DNA of 32,175 nucleotides from Basidiobolus ranarum (Eukaryota): NCBI GenBank assembly GCA_040143965.1, contig JASJQH010000085.1, positions 1 to 32,175 of the forward strand, read 5' to 3'. Shown piece by piece: positions 14,009 to 24,250 of this stretch (position 1 is its first letter; each line of letters starts with the position of its first letter). The notes under the pieces were generated by a model. It saw only the letters and a program-made list of their open reading frames with translations, ran no database searches and was not told where the DNA came from. The position numbers and the translations under genes were made by a program.

Positions 14009-14893
14009 TTAGATCGATTGATTTTGTGAATTGCACCATTTCCACCGCTATTTTATTTAGTAAATGTTCCTTTTTGTACATAAACAACTAGCTTCACTGA
14101 ACACCCTTCTAGTATCCTGCACAGCGAATCCAGCTTAATATAGCTCGTTCTTGACATACCTGGAGTCCCACCTCATACCATGTATTATCATGACATTCGG
14201 CTCCTGATTGGCTGGTAAGGTTATGTTGTGGTATGTTGAAGAGCGCCCGTATCCATCTTTGTGTAACTTGATTGTAAATCCATCGTTTCATGACACCCGA
14301 TACATCTCCTTTGACCCCAAACCCTGGCAATCGAACTTTCATCTGCATCCGCATGAGATGAGCAGTGACTTCTTGAAATGAAACCGCCCCGAATCCGATA
14401 GTAGCCAAGTGCCCCTCCCCCTCCTCCTCACCAGTCGGGTTCTTAATCTATCTTCCATTAACCCTCCCCCAATATAATCAGTGATTATTTCATCTATCTA
14501 TGGAATGACCATCTTATCAGGTTTGAATGGAATAGGAATGTTTGTATGAATGCTCAGGAACAGATATGATTGGAAGCAACGAAAAAAGGTTAAATGCATC
14601 AACCATAATATATAATTCAAATAAACCACTTTTATCAAAATAAAGACTGGGTTGGTGGAAGAATCTACTAAAGATGTGAGCATTAAGGGATGTGATGTGA
14701 TGTGATGAGGGGGAGTTTCTATACAGGAAAAGAGGTGAGTTACACCTGGTAGTCAAGACGGTATGTATATCCAGGCTAAATGGTATTGACCAGGGACTCA
14801 TTCGTAACAAGATCGAGAAATACAAAAGACCATACAACGAAATGCTGTGATTATGAAAGTGGTGGCGAATATCTACCTATCCAATCTGACTGC

Positions 14894-17153
14894 TCAACAA
14901 GAATGGAGCTTTCTAAACTCATCAAGTGTCACTACGGAATTATTCGTACGAGCATGTTCTGCAGCAAAACCATAAACGTGACAGTCTAGAGAAATAGCGT
15001 TTAGGTTAGTTTAGAGCTTAACATGACTACTAGACATTTCACTTACTGAAGGCTTCTTCAGGACCAGTAAATATATATCCTTCGGAGTTTCCGCATGCTA
15101 CAGCATTTACGAATGCTCGCATCAAATCAAAGTCTGGCTCGTCTACAAATTTACCTGTTAGATACTTGAAAGATCGTTCGTATGTCCCACAAATGCCTAC
15201 CAATATCACTCTCCTGTTGATTGTTTGAATCTATCTCCACTCGCTTACCCGTACGGAAATCGGTGAGCTTGATAATTTTACCATCACCATCGATTTCTCC
15301 TTTGGTTCCAAAGATCCTAGTCTATACAGATGTAAGGAAAAGGTCTTACAGAACATACGATATTCTAACTTACTTTTCCCTGGGAAATAGCTTGCGTTCC
15401 GGCTACTATAGTAAGTGTACAAGTGCTTCCATTTTCAAAAATCATGTTGACCACCTAACATAGTATGATTAGTTGGGTTGATTTTGTTAGTTGCTAGCGT
15501 CTAGAGAGTAAACTAACCTGATTGTCGCACACATCGTTATCGCATTCGTGGACGCATCTTCCATAAGGTCCATCTTCCAAAGCCTTGGTAACGTTTTCAA
15601 TATCTATTCACCATTTAGTATACAGTTGAGGCTATTAGTGTTCAAAAGAGACGTACCAACGATATCTGTGATAGTACTAGTAGGCCATCCAGTATGTCCA
15701 TCTTTGACTGGATCGAGGTATATTTTGACAGCCGAATATGCACATTTCGATTCGTAGGGACAATCCATACACGTCCTAAATATCCTGGTTAGATGAAGTT
15801 TCTATAAAATTCCTTGTTATCATTATTACTTTGCTTCGCCAGCTTGTTGGGGCTTTCGGTCAGGTTTGAAATGAGAAATGTTTCCAAACGAGCTGATTTT
15901 CTAGATGACTGTTAGAACACATAGATCTAACCTTGAGAATGGATTAGAATACTACATACCACACAACGACGTCCTATGAGATGTGCCAGTAAATCTTCAA
16001 GAGATATATTAGACCAATATCACATGTGGTCAATTGATAAATTCAGAACTCACCTAAATCATGTATACACTGTGAAAGGATTAGGTATTAATATGAGCAA
16101 GTAGTAAGCTAAAGTGAAGTTTTAACATAGATACTAACCTTATTCATCAGCACATTGGTACTTCCAGCTTCGCGTTCGTAATTTCCCCGAACAAACTACA
16201 AAAACTAGATTCAGTATATCACTATATTCAATTCCGATTAATCCAAATCTTACAGAATGAGCAAACAAAGAATGACCAACTGGTTCCAAATGTTGGATAT
16301 TTATGATATTTCCGAGTGCGCCGGATTGTATCAACTTTTTGAGCATACGGTTGTATGGTGTATATCTTAAAACATGGCCTAAGTAATAGAAGCGTATCAG
16401 CCAAATGTATAGTTCATCATAGTGTTGAAGTAACCTACAAACAGCAAAGATCACCTAATATGTCGAAAAATAATTGTTAGAGTAGCTAATAGAATAATAT
16501 ATAATAGGGATTGACAAACCTTGCTCTCTTCCACAGCTTTAACAATTGTTTGACAATCCTGAATGGACACAGCCATTGGCTTTTCGAGCATAATGTGATA
16601 ACCAAGTCTGGCCAGCTCTAATTCGGCAAAGTATAAGAGATTTATGTTTTTAAAGTTACTTCACAAGCCAACTAACCGATGGTAGGCTCAACGTGCATGT
16701 GATCAAAAGTGGCGATGACTACGGCGTTACTTAATCTGGGACGAGCAGCCAACTAAAAATGAGCATGGGTTAAGAAGATTTCAAGCTTAAGGGACAGAGA
16801 CTAGCAAGTTCAACGAACCTCTTTCCAATCAGAAAAAACATTTTCGGGGCTTATATTGTATTTCTGTTAAGGTTAAAATACTAGGTTAACTGGGAGGTAC
16901 CAGAAGTCCTTTTACTCCCTGACATACCCTAGCCATGCTTTCTCTTCTTATATTCTTTGGTTCGGCTACAGCCACAACCTTCATCATATGTGGGTTCTTC
17001 AACGCAAAACTAGCATAACTTGAACCTCTACGTTGCAAAATGTCAGCTTTATAGTTTGAAAAAGATGAACTATAAACGAAGGAAGTAAACATGCCTACTG
17101 CCAGCACCGACGATAGACACGGTAATGGGAAATTGAGGGGAACTTTCACACAT
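14894..17153 (-). CDS. Gfo/Idh/MocA family NAD(P)-dependent oxidoreductase, about 17 exons
   Basis: [16 protein letters not shown] Rossmann motif, [96 protein letters not shown]. First intron is GC-AG (17094-17028). Two 16-nt micro-exons (16454-16439, 16069-16054). Confidence 0.93.
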
Positions 17154-17243
17154 GACTGTCCGCTCGAGAAGTATAAAATAATCCAACAAAATTATAAAAA
17201 GTTTGGAGAGTGTTCAACATTAATAGTGTCCATTATTGTATTC

Positions 17244-17493
17244 ACCCTAACCCTAAGCGTAAAAAAATCAACTCTTTGTCCTCACCCTATACATCCAATT
17301 CATCATGCGATGAATTAGATATACGATCGATGTAGGTTTTGGGGTCAATGAAATTTCACACTGGAACCAAATTAGGAAATGTGTCGGTTCACAATGTTGG
17401 GTTTCAAGAACATCGTATCGACAATAATGAATAGTTAGAATATAGAGTTAGGGTTAGGGTTGTGCACAAAGTTTTAGATGACTAAGGGTTAGG
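17244..17493. promoter_or_regulatory. Cluster of TTAGGG/CCCTAA telomere-like boxes in the divergent promoter between the oxidoreductase and NOP4
   Basis: ACCCTAACCCTAA 17244-17256, TTAGGGTTAGGGT 17448-17460, AGGGTTAGG 17485-17493. The regulatory role is inferred. Confidence 0.45.
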
Positions 17494-17757
17494 TTAAGAG
17501 TTTCAACTAAACTATTTCTAGACAAATGGGCCAAGAAAATCAGGGGGCTCAGAATAATGATAATTTGCAGACTGACTGAATTGATCTTGGCCCATTCTCA
17601 ATCCTCTAGAAAAAAAAAGGAAAAAAGAAAAAAAATAAACATCATTCTTAATCAAAGAATAGAAATAATGAATTTGATATTCGTACTCTGGACGTATAAG
17701 TGGATTTTTTTGACTTCTTTAGCATAATAGAATACATACATACAAACTTGATATATC

Positions 17758-20700
17758 ATGTCCGATACTGAAACCACACCACAGACAACTGAGTCGATTG
17801 CAAAGATTCCCAAGATCCCCGGCGCTCACGACGAAACCCGTGGAAGATCAACCTTATTTGTTCGTGGTATTCCATACGATTGCAAGAATGAGATACCAAA
17901 AGTCTTCTGAATTTTCATATATATGCACCATTTATTTTATAGCTTTCAATTTATTGGAAGAGGAATATACTACATATCACATTTATCATTCAGGCTTATT
18001 TGAAGAAGCCAACATAGATTTTTATGACCTTTTGTTTTTTTTCTCTACGAGTTAGAATCATTCTTTAGTGACATTGGTCCTATTCGTTCCTGCTTTGTGG
18101 TTCAAAATACACCTGAAGGTGAAGGTGAGGAAGAAAGCGAAGCTGCAGCCAAACCAAGCTCTGATAAGGGAAACAAAGGATACGGTTTTGTGCAATTGTA
18201 GGTTTCAGTCCATTTGAATATAAGACCAAAATTTCGCCAAACTAACAGTGAATCAATAGTGTTGTTTCAGAGGATGCTGAAAGGGCTATAACTGAGCTGA
18301 AGAAAGTGAAGTTCAGAAATGAACGTACGCTCAGAATTGAACTTGCCTTGAAAAAATCTCGTACGTATTATGCAACCAACGAATTCGCACTCCTCTTCGA
18401 AAATGGCTGACTTTGATTTTCCTAAACGTTTAGATCGTGATGATAAGCCAGTGATCGCCAAGAAGCCAAAGAAAGAAGGTTAGTAGCTTCTTTGGAATGT
18501 GAACCACCATGTAAACCAATACTAACTCGTGATTTAAAGTTCCCGTTGTGCCTGAAGATAGAGCTAGATTCCAAAAGATGCCATCGTACGTGTTGTTATT
18601 TCTATGGGTACCTGTATCATGGTTCTAATATATATTCGTAGATCTGTCCAAAGTATTGTTATCTCAGGTCTTGGCAGTGATGTTAATAAGAAGCAAATCT
18701 ACAAGAAAGTGCGTAAATTTGGTGAAGTCAAGGAAGTGATTTTCCCAGTTTTCGATGGTCAAACCGAAGAGGGCGAGAAGAAAGCTTTGGAGGGAGTTGG
18801 TATGTTCGTCAATAGTACTAATCCGTGGTTGACTTTACTGATACTTGAATTTTCAAATAGCACATATTGTATTTGCTAAGCTTGGTGAAGCTAAAAATGC
18901 TATTCAGCATTTGGATGACCATATCTTCAAAGGCAACAAAATCACTGCAAAATCTATGGCACACATTCAAGGAGTAAGTTGATGATAGTGGCCGATATCT
19001 TGCATCCAATTCTGACTTGATTCTTCATTTTCAGGTATTCGATAAGAAAGCTAGATTAATCATTCGTAATTTACCTTTCAAGGTAAGAGAACCATCCATA
19101 CAGTGGAATCATTGAATTATCACTAAATTAGCCTCATTGATTAGCTCCGTGAAGAGGACCTTAAGACCATGTTTTCCAAGTTCGGTACCGTCATCAACAT
19201 CAATCTTCCTCGTAAATTTGGTGACCATGGACCTCTGAGAGGCTTTGGTTTTGTTCAATTTTTATCAATGAGTGAAGCCGAAAAGGTATATTTTTATCTG
19301 GATAGCCTGTATTCTTCTTAATCACATAGACTAATCCGAATGTCTTAAGGCTCTTAATGCTGTCAATGCTACTAAACTTTTGGATCGTACTATTGCCGTT
19401 GATTGGGCTCTTGCTAAGGATCAATACGAAAAAGCAGAAACGCAAGAAGTGAAGCAAGTTGAGGAGGAGGCAGAAGAAGAGCAGGAAGAATCCGAGCATG
19501 AAGACGGGGTTAATGGAGGAGAGGAAGAAGAAGAGGAAGAGGTATTTGATCCTCTTGATAGTGATGACGATGAAGGTGATGATATGGAAGTCGACGAAAA
19601 CGATGACGAAGAGGAAGCCGAGGATGGCAGTGATGAGGAAGACCAGGAAGTCGAAGAAGTCGAAGAAAAAGGTACGGTACAAATTTCAGTAGATATACTG
19701 AATCTATACTAAAGATAATTTCATATCCAACAGAGAGAATCCCTATTCCTCAAGGCGCTACCTTGTTCATCAGAAACATTTCTTTCGATACTCTAGAAGA
19801 GGATCTGTACGAACAGTATGTATATTTACCACTGCAGATCTTGAAGTGTTAGACGATCTCAATATTCTTATTGTATATAGCTTCCGTCAATTCGGTAAAC
19901 TCAGATATTGCCGAATTACCATGGATCACGAAACTGGTCGCTCCAGAGGTACTGGGTTTGCCTGTTTCTGGAACAAAGAAGATGCTGAAAAGTGTGTCGA
20001 AGAGAACCAAAAATTGCATCAAACCGTTAGCATCGTTAATAAGGTAACGAGTTTATTGATGTAAATTTCGTGATTATTATCAATTCACACATTGCTTTTA
20101 CAGAGATCGGTCTTAACCCCTGACGCTCCATCCAACCTCGCAGCTAAATTTACCTTGGATGACAGAATCCTTTCAATTGTCTTGGCTGTTGATAGACAGG
20201 AGGCCGGAAAGCTTGCTGACATAAATACCAGACAACGTCAAAAGGAAGACAAGAGAAATGTTTACTTGATGAAGGAAGGAGGTTTGTTACCGTGGTTCTT
20301 CTATATTAGCACATTTATCTCATTATTGACAAAACCACTTGTGATATATAGTCATTCTCGCTGATTCACCTGCTGCCGAAGGACTTAGCGCAGCTGAGGT
20401 CGCCAAGCGTACCACTTCCTATGCTGCCCGTAAGCAACTTCTCTTGCGTAATCCTTTACTCTTCATCTCGAAAACTCGTTTGTCCATCAGAAACCTTCCT
20501 CTTAAGGTCGATGAGGTTGAGTTAAGAAAGCTAGCTGTTCAAGCTATTCAAAAATTCAAGCTTGAAGTTCAAAGATCCGAGCGTGAACATCTCACAGAGA
20601 GTGAGAGAGCTGAAGGATGGCAGTATCTACCACGTGTTAAACAGGTAGGATGAATAAGTAAATTCAATTGCTTTAGTCCATTACTCAAGCTTTTTATATG

Positions 20701-21201
20701 ACATATAGGCCAAGGTTATCAGAAGCAAAGATAGAATCGATCCTGCTACTAAAAAGCCTCGTTCTAAGGGTTATGGATTTATCGAATATTCAACACATGC
20801 TCACGCTTTAGCAGCTCTTCGTTTCCTCAACAATAATCCCGATCTTTTCGGTGATAAAAAGCGCTTAATCGTTGAGTTCTCTGTAGAAAACTTTGACGTA
20901 GTGAAGAAACGTGGTGAACGTACTACTAGAAGCTTTGATAGAGGTGATCAAGATGAACGTAGAAAGCCTTTCGATAAGAAGGAGAAGGACAGAAAATCTG
21001 ACCGTAAGAGCAGCAAAAGAAAGGTATGGTTTATTGGTATTCTTGGTATATCGGATATGGCAATGTGTTGACATTTACTCCATCTAGATTGAATCCTTCG
21101 AACAGGAAGAGACCCCTAAAAAGAAAAGCAAGGATGAAGAGCCCAAAAAGCTGTTCTACAGAAACAGGAAGGGTGGTAAAAAGGAAAAAAGCAAGAATTA
21201 G
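17758..21201 (+). CDS. NOP4: Nucleolar multi-RRM 60S biogenesis protein Nop4/RBM28, about 16 exons
   Basis: RRMs: STLFVRGIPY...KGYGFVQF; ARLIIRNLPF...RGFGFVQF...RTIAVDWALAKD; acidic tract; TLFIRNISF...SRGTGFACFW; KEDKRNVYLMKEG; NPLLFISKTRLSIRNLP; RSKGYGFIEY..HAHALAALRFLNNNP..KRLIVEFSVEN. Intron 1 appears to be AT-AC (17893-18048); all others are GT-AG. Confidence 0.95.
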
Positions 21202-21416
21202 TTAGAAGAGATTTTTTTTAGATTTTCAGCTTTGTTTTATTTTTCATTCTCCGTGTTTATTTACCACCACTTTTCATATACTTACTTCTACGAAGCAATA
21301 AAAATAGATACATTTAATTTCCATTATTAAAGGTTATCATGGGTTTATTTCTAAACATTGCGGGCAGGGTAGAGCATTTGCGATGAAAGTTATATACATG
21401 CATAATAGCAAGTGTG

Positions 21417-22772
21417 CTAGCTTACTTGACCAGCTGTAGACGTGGGGAGAGAGGTATCAAGGGATCTAGATTCAAGTTGATACTCGTCGATAATGACATT
21501 GTTGGCGTTGTACACGGTCCATTTTAGTGTGGTTTTGTAGATGTCTATTATGACATAATGATGCTGACTTTCAGCTTTAGAATACATTTTCCAATCCTCT
21601 ACGCGTTCATAATCCAATTCGCCACCGGCTCCACCGATGATAGTATACATGGTATTGTTATGAAATCCCCGTTGATAGCTGTGCTGATGCCCGCTAATTA
21701 CCAAATCCACTCCACTTTCTTCCATCAGTTTAGAGTACCGAAGTCTGATAAACTCACCCCAATGCTTTTCTCCTTTTTCCCAAGTCACTGGATCCCAAAA
21801 CTCCATGAATGGCGGTATGTGGACTACAACAATACGAAATTTGGCTGAACGAAATTCTTCACTACTAAGTTCTTTCTTCAGCCATTCATCCTGTTCGCTC
21901 TTATCCAAATTACTATCCAGGACGATCCATCGAGTGTTTCCGGTATTAAATGAAAACCAAGTTTGATTATGAGTATAAACGTAATGACCTTCGGGTTCGA
22001 AATCATGATTACCACGAGCGTAAATCATAGGGGCAGTTTGTGCTAGGTCATATTGAGTAAGGGGACCGAAGAAGTCAGTTTGCCACTGTTGAAGATTCTC
22101 AACTTGTTGAACCGCATCTCCAGCATGAACAAGAAAGTTTGGTTTATGTGCAGCGATCAAAGGCGCAAGCTTATTGAAAATCCCAAGACCGAACTGATTG
22201 TCAGAAAAGGCAGCAACTCGAATAGCCTGATCACTATTAGCTGGGTGATATTGAAAGGAAAATTTTCTCAGCGAACCGGACTTGGATGTTATTTGATACG
22301 TATAGTTTCCAATTTCTTCAAGCGGACCAAGTTTGGTAGTATAGACAAAATGGTTTTGGTCGACGTAAACTGGTTCGACAAGTATTGATTTGTAGCTATC
22401 TTCAGCCAAACCCCATTGGATCCTCATATTCTTCATTAGACAACTTGTTTCCCATACTACTGAAACATGGTTAGTATCTAACACCTGTAACATAGGCTCC
22501 TTGCGATAATCGCAAGTCCAACCCTCGTCAAATATACTATTTTTCAAGTGGTATTTGGCTAGAAGCACCAAATGGGCTAAGGTGCCGAGAGCAATATAAA
22601 GTATGATAACGAGAAAACATAAGCAACCATATTTTCTTCTTCGCAACCAAATCTTACGAAAGCCCCAACCCAGTTTATCCTTGATAGTACTAGATTTAGT
22701 GTTTGTAGTAGAAGGTAATGGTAAACCACCACCATTACTAGTAGTACTTTGAGCCAGAAAAGGAGAAATCAT
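21417..22772 (-). CDS. Type II membrane-anchored calcineurin-like metallophosphoesterase with a purple-acid-phosphatase-type N-terminal domain; intronless, 451 aa
   Basis: First ATG at 22772. Basic RRRK followed by a hydrophobic segment. Metal-binding motifs FSDNQ, HAGDAV, RGNHD, VVVHIPP, SGHQHSYQRG. Confidence 0.9.
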   Translation of the reverse strand: MISPFLAQSTTSNGGGLPLPSTTNTKSSTIKDKLGWGFRKIWLRRRKYGCLCFLVIILYIALGTLAHLVLLAKYHLKNSIFDEGWTCDYRKEPMLQVLDTNHVSVVWETSCLMKNMRIQWGLAEDSYKSILVEPVYVDQNHFVYTTKLGPLEEIGNYTYQITSKSGSLRKFSFQYHPANSDQAIRVAAFSDNQFGLGIFNKLAPLIAAHKPNFLVHAGDAVQQVENLQQWQTDFFGPLTQYDLAQTAPMIYARGNHDFEPEGHYVYTHNQTWFSFNTGNTRWIVLDSNLDKSEQDEWLKKELSSEEFRSAKFRIVVVHIPPFMEFWDPVTWEKGEKHWGEFIRLRYSKLMEESGVDLVISGHQHSYQRGFHNNTMYTIIGGAGGELDYERVEDWKMYSKAESQHHYVIIDIYKTTLKWTVYNANNVIIDEYQLESRSLDTSLPTSTAGQVS

Positions 22773-23733
22773 CAAAACGACTCGAAGTCAAAATCACCTT
22801 TCAAAGAGAGTGATGATATAATGATTTACTTAACTAAGCATCAAAGGCCGAGGCAATGAGGGAGAAAAAGGATTAAAGCTGATTAGGCGCTAAACACGCA
22901 TATTCTGATGACGATTAAATACAATGGAAATTAATCGAATTGCATACTTTATTAAGTGATGGAAGAACCGGTAGATGAATGTGCTTAAATGCAATCAATT
23001 CTATCAATCATTGACAGTGGCTACGCTCAACCAATCAGTAGGGTAGTGGTTGAAAGGTGGGGTAAAGCTACCGGAGAGGTAGTCTACAAGGCCTACCAAG
23101 TGGTGACAATGGCTAAAGGTGGGCAACACTGGAAAACACGTATGTAGTGTATGGGATAGGGCGGTGTGTGGGTGTAAGGTTATAGGGTTAGGACAGCCTA
23201 CATGGAACACTTACTATCACGTAATCAGAATACAGTCCTAGATGGTGGCTGATGCTTCCATGTGTCACCATCATTGATTAATATATATATATATATTGGT
23301 TTAAACGTGCAAGGTTCCATTTAGGCTGTGTAGACGAGTCTATTGTACACAATTGTAATGTAAATGTTAGATTGTGTGGATCACCCCTGCCCCTGCCCTA
23401 CTACTTTGTTCTGCCAATCCCTCTTTTTCTAACTGGGCCAATGAGGCAGTTATGTGGCTAAAGTATTTCTACCCGTCCAGCCTAATCCAAAGCAATCCAC
23501 TTTACAATGCCTACTTGTCTTTGTTATCTCCACGCATTTGGCATACTACAGCTGCATAATCTCAGCAATTGACAACCATTGATTCCCCTGCCTCGCTTTC
23601 TCAATTTCTCCTCAAACTTCCATCCGCCAAGATAAAGCACTGTTCAGTGGATTGGAGACATCTTACTGGTAGAGTCACTCATGTGATGGTAGTTTCGAGA
23701 CTGACTCAGATTTATCAGATTAGTAGGTGCTTA

Positions 23734-23830
23734 GTGTATAGGAAGTGTATATAAAGTGTATATCAAGTGTATATCAAGTGTATATCAAGTGTATATCAAG
23801 TGTATTGGAAGTGTCTATAAAGTGTGTATT
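23734..23830. repeat. 11-bp tandem minisatellite (GTGTATATCAA), 8 full units plus a partial unit
   Basis: Units start at 23734, 23745, 23756, 23767, 23778, 23789, 23800, 23811, 23822; units 3-6 are identical. Confidence 0.9.
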
Positions 23831-24250
23831 TATATAGCATCGACTCGTCACGTCAGAAACACCACCCACTATACTACATTAAGGACAGGGACAGACTGAT
23901 AGCTAATAAATACTGATGCATCTAGGTGGTGTACATCTAATTAGTACCGAAGATCAAATACAAATACCATATGCTACTAAATTAAGATCAATACATAACA
24001 GCCTCCGGTCACGCCATAAACTGTCCAACACCTTATCTAGCTATTAGGTAGAGTAAAAACCTGCTGTTCGACCCCTTCATTGTATCCCTATTTTCATGTG
24101 GATTTCTATAAATTGTATCAACCCACACTTTTGTGTATCCTCGATCTGATCTTCTTTCAGTTTGTGTATTTACGACTCTTGACTGTTTTCGACCCCTTCG
24201 CCTTAATCTGACCATCAACCCTTTAGCTTCAATACCAGAAATCCATTTAC

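Noticed and set aside
14109-14408. 99-aa minus-strand ORF
   Set aside because: Non-ATG start, no recognisable domain; the oxidoreductase already ends at 14894
19200-19692. 160-aa antisense ORF and 77-aa Lys/Arg-rich alternative-frame ORF
   Set aside because: Shadows of the GAA/GAT-rich acidic tract of NOP4
23734-23830. CRISPR-like array
   Set aside because: Head-to-tail 11-mers with no spacers, in a eukaryotic genome
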